NCBI RefSeq assembly: GCF_964355755.1
Contig: NC_092679.1
Location: 4,680,201-4,744,200, forward strand
DNA length: 64,000 nucleotides
Origin: Antedon mediterranea
Lineage: Eukaryota; Animalia; Echinodermata
Reading direction: 5' to 3'
Shown: positions 29,901 through 41,900 of the stretch, piece by piece
Position numbering within the stretch: the stretch's first letter is position 1
Layout: the number at the start of each line of letters is the position of its first letter
The notes under the pieces: generated by a model
Told to the model about the DNA's origin: nothing
Seen by the model: the letters and a program-made list of their open reading frames with translations, nothing else
The model's database searches: none
Program-made: the position numbers and the translations under genes

Positions 29901-32900
29901 AAGAATAAAGAAGACACAAATGGTTGCCCTTTCGGAGGATAAAAAAGACACCAAAGTCTGCCCTGTTGGAGGACAAAAACAGACACCAATGGTTGCCCTT
30001 TCAAAGGATAAAAAGACACCAAAGTCTGCCCTGTTGGAGGACAAAAAAAGACACCAATGGTTGCCCTTTCAAAGGATAAAAAGACACCAAAGTCTGCCTT
30101 GTTGGAGGACAAAAACAGACACCAATGGTTGCCCTTTCAAAGGATAAAAAGACACCAAAGTCTGCCTTGTTGAAGGACAAAAACAGACACCAATGGTTGC
30201 CCTTTCAAAGGATAAAAAGACACCAAAGTCTGCCTTGTTGAAGGACAAAAACAGACACCAATGGTTGCCCTTTCGTTGGAGGAATATAAAGACACTAATT
30301 ATTGCCTTTTTGCAGAAAAAAACATCAAAGCTTGCTGATTTGGAGAATAAAAACAGACACAAAAAAATTACAAATAACACATTTTTAGACAAATATCTTA
30401 GTTAATATCTTGTTAATATAGTTGTGAGGCGGTTATACAAATCTAGAGTATAATAAGAATGTTAGGAAAAATTGAGTTAAAAACTCGCAACTAATCTACA
30501 GCCTTTGTACCTGCAGTGGCTGGGCGTACTTGTTTCTTTGCTTTCACTAAATAAAGGAAACAAATATCAAGTAATGGCTTAAACATTTCAGACTATTTTA
30601 AAACTATTTTCTAAATCAAAGAGAAAGATATTGCATACTGGTGAATACAGCTTGGTTTCAAATGTGTCTAATCATATTGCGTTTTTTTGTGAAGAAAATG
30701 TTGTTTTTCAAAAATAATATTTTCAGGAATAAACCATAACTTACTACTTGAAGTTTGTGTTGAGGTGTTTGATGAAAATCTTGAGCGAACCTTTTGGCGG
30801 AGTTTGCGTCGATCTTCAGAATTATCACCCGGTTTAAGTTTACGGAGAATCTGCGCAAAATGCTCATCAAGTTCACATTGTGCCATTTCGTGAAGAACAT
30901 GATGAGATGTTTTTCTTTTGAAGAAAAAAAATTGTTTGTAAAGTTAATAATACACACATTTATAATAAGATTAATATACAGTCAGCACATGCAAAATTTA
31001 AAAAAAAAATGTTTTGAAAATATTTGACAACTTAAATTTGTTTTTGTTTTTTAATTGTAAGAATACATTAAAGTGGTGGGATGGCGTACTGTAACATTTA
31101 GTCAAAGTGTTAGTCAAAATGCATATCAAAGAAGTATGCAAACATGTGAATGAACGCAACTGAAAGTGCAGATGCAAATAAAACTTTTGTGATGATAGAG
31201 AGATTTTATGATCACAATACTAACATCAGATCAGAAGCCGCCTTTCTGATGTGAAAACTGAATCTGGAATAGTTATCTACTAAATAGTACCTCTTAAAAT
31301 GATTTTAAAAACATATCACCAAAAGACTTGACATGGTGTTACCATAGTAATAGAACCAGGATATGTTTTCCTAATATATGAACTCACTTTAAAGGCACAC
31401 TTGTAGGTCTTGCTCCCAGGTTCAGAGAAGAGCGTGCTCTGTGTAATTCAGTGTTGTTAGCCGCACTACACCAATAGCCGTGAATAGTGATGGAATAAGT
31501 AATGACATGATTATTATACAGTAATATAATAGGCAAAGCATGAACACACCAAACATTAGATGAGAAAGATCACACGTTTTACATGTGAAGTAGGTGCTTT
31601 AGTTCAGTTCTTTATTTCAGGTTAGTTGATAGTTTTATTAATTAGTGGTCATAATCAGATTTAAGCTCTGTCTACACTATCAAACTTTATGCGACAAAAA
31701 ATGATGTCATATCACTACCACATATGGCACATCACATTTTTTGTTCACATTAAGTTTGATAGTGTAGATAGAGCTTTATGGGATAAAAGTTATAGTGCTT
31801 CGATGAATGGTGTAATGAAAGTATTTTTAACCACACTGCAACCTTTGAACTCACCTTTCTCCATACAACTTCCGATGAATCATTTCATTGTTGGTAGTTC
31901 TAGATTCAAGAAGATTTCTGAAAGAAAAACTTATGACATTTAGATATTTAAACTCAAAAAGTTGGCATGGCTGAAGAGGTACAGTATGGTTGAGTTGGTA
32001 ATGTGGACTGCACAAGCTATGCATGGCAAATAGTTGGAAGCATGAAGGTAAAGAAAAAGTTAGTTTCTGGAAATACATTGGTTATCATGGGAGACAATTT
32101 AAAGTTACTTATTTTGTGCCTTCTTACTAAAAAAACCCCAACAAATATGCGAAATGAAACCTTTACTCTTTGTACTCAAATGTTGCCTAAAAGATTTGAC
32201 GTTGTTTGTTACAAAACATTTGAAATATTGCATGTTGTAACTGCTGAGCTTAACGCGCTCCTTCCTTGGTCTAATTTCCTTCATTATTGCCTAAGATTTG
32301 ACATGTTTTCTAACATCAACTGTCAATGCGGTGACATGGATACATTATGCGCAATCCTAAGGGAAATTTGAATAACGATCAAAAACATTAAGCACATTAC
32401 ACTTTCACGTAACAGCGAGGATTACCCAATTTGTTAGTCAAATTGCAAAAACGTGATCAATTTAAAGGAAAATTAAACCCTATTTTCTATGCACTTTTTA
32501 TGAGATGATGTAAACCTATTTGTAGGGTTATATAACCTATTGTATTGTATCGGAATTTAAGCCGGTACTTGAAACGACACTTGAAAAAAATGCGGTCAAG
32601 TTTTGGGTGTAGTCGGATACCACTACAGAATGTGTTGCCTGTCAATGTTAGTCATGAAATGGACTATAAATGAAGACGAGATTATATCAAAGGGTAGGGT
32701 GTTGGCCATAGGAGAATATAGGTCAGATTTGAGGTAAATGTAAATGTTTAAATACAGTATTAACACCCATATAAAGATTCCCCTCAATAATAGTGTCTCC
32801 TGAACTATGTTAAACAACATTCTTTGCTCATTTCACAGGAATATTTTCTCTTTAATAGTGATGTGCTCTGAAACGGGTGTCCTAAAAGAGGGATTTTCCA

Positions 32901-35900
32901 GTAGTTTACTCCGATGCCTTAAATGGTTAATTCCATAGTTTAATGTCACACGGAACCCCTATCAAGAAGCATTTTTAATCTCCTCGTACTATAAACCATC
33001 TTCTTCCTTCACGCTTTTCGCCCTGCCTAAATGATGTTTGTTCCGTGTTTTGCTTTTGATGAGATGAGAGATTTGATTTGATTTTGTTTGATTTGATAAT
33101 TACCCATATCTCTCATATGTGGTGGGTGTTGGAAATATTCTTAGCCATCCGCCACGCCTAGTAAACTCCTCCTTCGTCTCCAGTAAGATACGCCTCTCCT
33201 CACCCGTAAGTTCTTTACCCTTTGCACCTGAGACTGGTCGTTTACCCTGATTTTTAGCACTCATGTTTCCTGCAGATTGAGGGCGTTGCCTCTGTGCGAA
33301 ATTAAAGGAAAAATTAATTAACAACTAAAAAACGTGTACTGTATTTTTAGTTTCCAACATTGGAAAAAATTTAATTATTTCAAAATTACCTCTTGCTATG
33401 GATGTTAGATGAAAATAAAATGAACAAAAAATAATCCAATGAAAAATTATGGAACATGAACAAATTAAAGAAATATAAATCAACAAGAAATAATATTAAA
33501 CACTTAATTTATTAAACAATGCAATACATAGAAAATATCAATAGACAGTATGTTTATAGAAATTATATATTGTTTGAATTGCATGGTGAAATCAATATGT
33601 TGATATAAAGTTTGTGTATATAGTTCTGAAAAGAATTACTGTCATTTAAAAACATCAAAATAAATTTATAGAATTTCTAATTTAATTACATAATTCTGAA
33701 AGTTTAAAAATAAATTGGGCTGAAAGAGGATGGGTTGGAAAACGACCTCGATTTGATCTGCACGCTACAGAAAGTGAAAGCAACAACAATCTTATAGTGT
33801 TGAAGTATGGCGAAGAATGTCCACATTACCATGGAAACTGTGAATAGTTTTAAACAATTCAAGAGGGCAGCAAACAACATAAGGGTGTATTTGTCTATTT
33901 CTACTTTATACCGGGTGACCTCTTGGATACAGAACTTTTCTCCTAGAGAGAATACAGGACAATGATTCGTCCATCAGGAGAACATCCCCTACTCCTTTCA
34001 AACAGTGTACCAAGTTTTATTTATTACACACACAAGCAATTTATATACACGGGCCCCACAGATTTACTGTGCCTTACTCCTCCTGGACTAAAGCAGTATT
34101 AAATCAAATTTATGTAGCCTAAGCACTTTATATGAAACCAGAACTTACCCCCAACTCAGCACCAACTCGAATCCTCTACTCAAATAACACAATTGGGATG
34201 AAGGATACACAAAGATAAACAAACAAAACAAAGGTAAAACATGCAATGAAATACAAACTAGCTATATGAAATATTTCAAAACATTATTGATAGATGTAGC
34301 TACAGTATTTTATAAACAAAATAAACAACTTCATAAATCCAAAAAGAACAAAATAATACAAATAAATATTAACAATTATACACAAGTATTAAATAAGAAA
34401 TAAAAATGTCCAAAAATGGATGGAAAACATATAATTTAAAGTTAAATGATGATACAATAGTCAGGTGATTTGGTTTATGAAGATTTTGTTGTGGGTGTTG
34501 GAAATGCTCTTAGCCAGCCCCCATGTCTAATACCTTTGCGGAACACACAACCTCTTCCTTACTCAACAAATTACCCTACACACATCACAATGTGAAATTC
34601 CCACAGTTATTTCAGACGCACCCCCAGCTCCATGCCACTAAACTCCTCCGACACATCCCACACAAACACCCCCTCATATAACCTCACCAAGAAACGCAGA
34701 CAGACAACCCTCAGACCCACAACAAAGACACGCTATTGGCTATATTCAATGCTAAGCCCTGTCATGTTGCTTTATAATAGGTACACGCACTATAGGTTAC
34801 TGAGAATTCTTAGCTCATCTTTAGCTGTTCTTTTAGCACACCACTGGCACACACACTACAGTATAATAGGTTTGAGAATAAACTCATCTTTACCGGTTGC
34901 TTTATACACACATACTTGTCAAACCACTGGCCCATTTACTATATCATTGGGAATGCTAAGCCAATGTTTACCTGTTGTTTTAGCACACTGCTGGCAGCTA
35001 ATTCTTGGTTACGCTTACTTTGTTGTATCTTTCTTGTCATTGGATCGTGGGCTACAAAACCTGAAAAAAATTGTATAGAGTATAGATTACTTTAAATGAA
35101 TGGAACCAAACTGTAAATTAATGTGTAAAGCTCTGTCTAGACTATCAAACATTGTGACAAAAAAATGTGATGATCCAACTAATATGGACAATGTAATATC
35201 AGTACCATATTTAAGCATCACTTATATATATATTTGGGCACATCACACTTTTTTTTTGTCAAACTAGTTTAATAGTGTAGTCAGAACTTTACTGTGGCAC
35301 AAGAAAAGAACCAACCTGTTAGAGAGAACAAGTCTGACATCAGATTCGACTTGATTTTGAGATCCAATGGAGCATCACTATAAAAGATAAATATTTTTTC
35401 ATAATTAACAAATTGACTGTAACATCATATGCTCTGGTGACTATGTGACATAACAGAGCAAAGAAAAGGCATTTTAACATATTCAATTAACCTGTACCTA
35501 ATTTATAACAAGAAAAGCCACTGTCCACACTATCAAACATGGTAGTGATATGTCCAAATATGGTAGTGATATAACATCATCCTGTCAATATATGGGCACA
35601 TCACATTTTTTTTTGTCACATAATGTATAAAGTTTGATAGTGTAGACAGAGCTTTAGATTATATACAAACTAATCAGGATAAACTGCTAAATATCAATTA
35701 TTAATAAAAAATGAAAAAGATCATTAAAATTGTTTGTTTTTTGTGCTGGTTTATTCTAAATAGAATTAAAGTTCGTTTTGAATAATACATGATTTCAATC
35801 AATGCAAAATATCAAAAATTGGTCGTTCATTTAAAAGATAATACACAATAAAAACGATTAATAATTTCTAGTAAACATTAAGCCGGAAGATTGTTAATTA

Positions 35901-38900
35901 ATATCAGGAATAATTGTCATATAAAATAATTCTCTATAGATCCAATATGTGGGTAAGATAACACTGCTAATATAAGAAAGGAAATGTTCAATTAACTTCA
36001 ACAGGATATGTTGTTAAACAACTAAATTAATCATTTTGAATTATATGTGCTTTTACTGAATACAGTAGAGCGCCTATTACTAAGAGGCCACTTTCAGAAC
36101 CCAACAAACTGTCCTCTTAATAGGGGTGTCCACTGAACAGGTTGGTTTTAATGTTACAACCATCAACCATTAACTGTCCCTCATTCATTTAACAGGAATG
36201 TTTTTAATAGGGATATCCTATGAATAAGAGTGTCCCAACACACTTTTAGGAACCAGCATAATGTCCTCTTAATAGGGGTGTCCCCTGAACTGGTTGGTTT
36301 AAATGTTACAACCATTAACTGTTTCTCATTCATTTAACAGGAACATTTTTAATAGGGATATCCTATGAATAGGAGTGGTACGTCCCAACACACTTCTAGG
36401 AACCAGCAAAATGTCCTCTTAATAGGGGTGTCCCCTGAACAGGTTGGTTTAAATGTTACAACCATTAACTGTTCCTCATTCATTTAACAGGAACGTTTTT
36501 AATATCCCATGAATAGCAGTGTCCCAACACACTTTTAGGACCCAACAAAGTGTCCTCATAATAGGGGTGTCCCCTAAATAGGAGTTGATTGTAGTGTTAT
36601 ATAACCATTTACTGTCCCTCAATGTTTTTATATATCCCTTTAAAGAAGTGTTCCAAAAGTCTACTAAAAAATATCAGCAAAAACATTTTTATTCCTGTGC
36701 ACACACCCTAATCAAATAAGACGTTCTTGTACAAAACACAACACATTATTTTAATACACTTATTCTATTGACAGTACCATGTAACTGGCCAAAAGAAATT
36801 AACAAATTTGTTACTACGCCCTCTAATTCATCGTTCGTTGTATCGTTGACCGCTTACATTATTATATATCGACCAATTAACAAGTAATAATGTCTATCAA
36901 TAATGCATGCTTAAACCCACATCTAAAAAATAGGTCATTCCTGAATGAAGATTTCAAAATCAATAAGTAATTCAACGTTAACCTAATTACCAAATATGAC
37001 TAATCAATTATGAAAGGTCTAAATTATACTTTAATTAGTATGAACACTAAAGTATAATTCGTTTATAGCATTAATCAATTAATTAGTTAAATTGGCATGA
37101 TTAGCAAATACATTTACAGCGTCAATAGCAACATGAACATTTAAAGCGATACCTTCTGGACCCAGCAATCCTGAAGTTCTGTCTATGCTATAAAACTTTT
37201 GTTGTTTTTGTCAATATTTCATATTTATTAGTTTTCTTGTCATGACGACAACTGTCTTCAGGTGATCAATGCTTAAAGTAATTATTACTTATTTTAATCT
37301 CCTTTCACACATTGTCCTTATTGTATATTTGTTTTCTTTTCTAAAGTATAAATATCTGTTCTTTTTTGTTCAATGTGTGGAAAATAAATAAATGAAATGA
37401 AAATAAATAAATGAAATGAAATTAAAAACTTTATGGGACAACAAAATGTGATGTTCCCATATATGGACACGATGATGTCATATCACTACCATATTTGGCC
37501 ACATCGCACTATTTTTGTCAAACTAGTTTGGTAGTGTAAACAGAGCTTTATAGTGCATTAATATATGGGTGGCTCCTGTATATTGGCCTTTAGTATTTAG
37601 ACATATAGTTGCCCTCATTTTGAAATGAGTGTCCCCTTATAGTTGTGGTGTACCCTGAATAGGAATGTTCAAAAGAAGGGGTTCTGTATTTCAGATCATA
37701 ACATAAATAAAGAGTATGTTTGTATAAAAACAATATTATATTTTTGAAAAAATGGATATTAATATCTATAATACAATCCATTCCATAAAAAATACTAAAT
37801 CAAAATATCAAATAAAAACTGAACAAAAATGTAAAATCAAAATAATGTGTTATTTCTAGTTACAGTGTGTGCAGTAATGTTGTGTTATTTTTAGTAACAT
37901 GATGTCATTAACTATTAAGTGTGTGCACTAAAATGTTGTGTTATTTTTAGCAACATGATGTCATCAACTATAACGTACAAACCTACCATGCAAGTGAGGG
38001 AGATAAGTTAACTTCTAATATCCAAGGCTTGAGATTTTCATCAACAAGAATATCAAAGCCATGCAGTTCTAAAAAAGGATAATGAAGATTTATTTGTACA
38101 GGATATGTAATCAACATATTACGCTTAATAACCGCGGATTGATTACGTAATCTACACATGTATTATTCCCAACTTTGCGCTATTAGCTTTGATTTGATAT
38201 AGCTCAATGTGCAGTACAAGATATACAGCGTTAGGAAATCTGTTCTACCAATTATGGCCACTTACCGGTTTGTGTATTTTTACTTTGAAAGATTTTAAAA
38301 ATAATATTAAAAATGTCATAATTCATATTTTAAATTAATTGAAATATCATCAGCACAATACAGTTAATTTTATTAGAGAAGACAAGATATCTGACCAATG
38401 AGCAAAGCAGGCAAACTTATTCTATTATTTTATAAAGATGATGATGCCTTTGCAGGTTGTAAATTAAATGACAATAAACAAACAAAACAAATGTATAAAA
38501 AAGCTAAAGTAATGAATAATGACAGACCACACGATTCTAGATACTGTATCTAGATCTACAGACGTATCATAGGAATATTTGGTAATACAGCATCACATGT
38601 GTTTCACATGTATCATATAATATAAACTTGCCATAAACCTACAGTAACCTTACATGATTCAGGCACCACATGTGATACACATAAGATGCTGTATTATCAA
38701 ATATTCCATGATACTGGACAAAATCGTTTTATGCGTGGAGATACAGCACTGAGAATCGGATAGACAGCAGTATCACTTTTTTGACAATATGTTTTATTGT
38801 TTATCGTAACATATATGGTTTGTATAATGATAGTACCTAAATACGTTATTTTTCTTAAATTTCAAAATACAAAAATATCAGCACATAATCGCCATAAGGT

Positions 38901-41900
38901 CAACAAACATGTCCACACATTTCTTTAATCCATAAAAGCTTAACGACGCGGTATCATGACCTATCAATGTCGTGAGAAAATCAATCATGGTGAGATGAGG
39001 CTCAATTGCAATCAATTAATGGCTTAGTAATCGTGGAAGATTATCTTGCATGGAAATACCAAGGTTTATTTAAACACCTTTTGGCAGAATTAGATTTGCT
39101 TGAGTTGACCTCATTCCGAATACCTGCTTTTTTTCCCATAGAAGCTTAGATATTCACTTTAATAATAAACTAATTTAGAGTATTTAAATTTACTAAACTA
39201 ACAAACCTTGATTCAAATGTTATCCCATTTATATGAAGATGAAAAAAATGCAGATGGCCTAAAAGGTTTGGGGGGGGGGGGGAGGGGTCACATGGTAGCA
39301 TGAAGTTGATTAATATAAATACACATGCTACTAAACTATAGATTTTCAATAATTTGTTTATTATGCATGCAAGGACATTTGGACGTTCTTTTGCATTTGA
39401 GGTTTAAACAAAAACCAATGACACAATGGTCAAAGGTTGTAGGTCGTAGGTTATCGAAAGCTCCCTATACTCAGAGAAGATGCATGATGCTAACAATTGT
39501 ACTGATAACATTTCTTTGAAAGACGAATGACGTTACGTACCAAAGCAGTTTCCTCGATACGGCATAAACATTTTGCACGCCGTTGCAACTGGAAGCTCTG
39601 CACATATAATACACTTGGCTATCACCTCCTCAATTCTTGCTAATAGACCTAACAATATAAGGCAGACACAACATTCAAAGACTGTGTTTGTTTGTTTGGG
39701 CAAGAACGTTTAAGCTACATTCACATTGCGTCCAGATTCGGTCCGGCACTTAGAGGAAAATGTTGTGAGTATTGAGCACATATTCTGTTATCTGTTATCA
39801 AGCGAGTTCATTCATGCTCAATGTTGATTGGTCAAAAGAAAAAAAATTGTAAGACAATAAGAAAACAAGTGGATTCTTGATCCATCGCCACCACCCAAAT
39901 TTGGAGTCCGAATACGGATTCAAATGGTACGAATTTGATAATCCAGTTTTTTCACTGAACTTAGTTTGCACGATATTTTTCTCAGGACGCCAGACCGAAT
40001 TCGGCCGCAATGTGAAAGCAGCTTTACCCTCATTGCTTGATTATTTAGATGGAAAGTTTTTCAGTACTCAATTTAAGTAGGGGATTGTTCCCCAAGTATG
40101 CTGATTTTCGGCTTATAATCCTACTGTGAATATTATATTTAAATAAATATATATTTATATTATTATTATTATAAATATACTAATCAATTTATTTCTATAT
40201 AATATATAATATTTTTCAATACCTCTAACATCCCTGCCTTGTTTCTTTAGATACCGAAACAGCGCCCCCAAACTCCACTTATTGCCATAGTCTTCAATAT
40301 CAGGATCATTGCACCTAATAAATACAAATAAGTAATTTAAACAAAAATAAAGTTATTTATTTTTAATTTTTATTAAATGACTCGCCAATTACAGGATGGT
40401 GAACCTATATTTTCTATAAAAGTCTCCCATGAGGCTTTGGTAGAACCATTGTATTGGCTATCGAAAAAGAACTTGAATGTTAGATTAGATATCCACCACC
40501 AAATACTTTTATGAAATAGTATTAATGTAGTTCATTTAGAAGCTATCACAACACAAATTGACTTGTAAGCATGTGCAGATATTCAACTTACTTAACGTAA
40601 TCATTACTCTTCTTATTGACACTATAATTTGTGAGATGCATCATTGTATTACGGATGGTCTTATTACTGTGTTCGTACTGGACGGTTGCAAATCTGTAAA
40701 AAGAAGAAAAACCCTCCATAAATCTGAAAAATTCAGTGTCTGGTTATTCCAGAATGTCTTGTTTTTAAATGCATTGTAAGGAGTAAAACCCTATCTACAC
40801 TATCAAACTTTATTTGACAAAAAAATGTGGTGTGCTCAAATGGACATGATGTCATATCACTATAACATTTGTGCATACACTACCATATTTGGGTACATCA
40901 CACTTTTTTGGTCAAACTAGTTTGATAATGTAAACAGAGCTTTAGACAAGATTTGGTTTCTTTATTTTATGTATTAACTGTACCATTAATCTTTTTTTTA
41001 AATTAGGTATGTTCAAAAGTCTTAATTTGGTTAAATTTACATGTAAGCCATGGTATTATTTTCTTTATAAACTTAGTACTGTACAACTACTAAGTAAATT
41101 CATGTTTGCTGCCCTCTATGGCTGATATTATTTCCAATCATAATTAATAAGTGAATTTTTTATGTGGGTGTACAGTAACGGTAATCACAAATTCAATTTT
41201 CTTTTCCAAATTAGTTTGATGATATGAATTATAAAAAAAAATTATTTCTGTAATGTGTAAAAATTGAAACATCAATACAATTTACAAAACCAAAAGATGA
41301 TGAAATGGAAGATTACCTTGCTAAACCTTCTTCGTAGAGATAAAGACGAAGAGGGTCATAAGATGTTATTGCTACATACAAACGAAGATCAAATTTAAAA
41401 CCTAAATGGGAAAAACAAAATAAGGTCAAAAGTCACCAAACATTCCTACAGTTAATGATATTGATTGAATTCTCTCTAAGATATCTGTTTTTCTGGAAAG
41501 TTGAGTGTCATAAAACAAGATGGCCATCTACAGTAAAAACTCTTCCGCATGCTTATCAGGGTGGGGCTATTAAAAGGGGTTCATTAATAAAATAGGGACA
41601 ATAGGGCTTCTCTTAACTAGATATACAATGATTAAGCCTGTCAAAGGGTGGGACCATGCAATGTCTTTTGACATTGATGGGTCTATGATTATTTTATGGA
41701 TTTATCCCTTTGGTAACAGCTGAAATGTTCACAGGCTCATCAAGGTCAAAGGACATTTCATGGTCTCACCCTTATTGGGCTTAGCAGTGTTCCCCTTGTT
41801 TGATCATGTCAAACAAGGGGAACACTGCTAGATAAAGTGCTTAAAATGAATGCTTACCATCAATAAGAAGAGGATTCTTAAGATATCTAGATACAACAAG

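Noticed and set aside
29852-30405. Several overlapping ORFs
   Set aside because: By-products of the 68-bp minisatellite.
34632-35078. 148-aa plus-strand ORF
   Set aside because: Antisense to c15 and to the degenerate exon echoes; no domain similarity.
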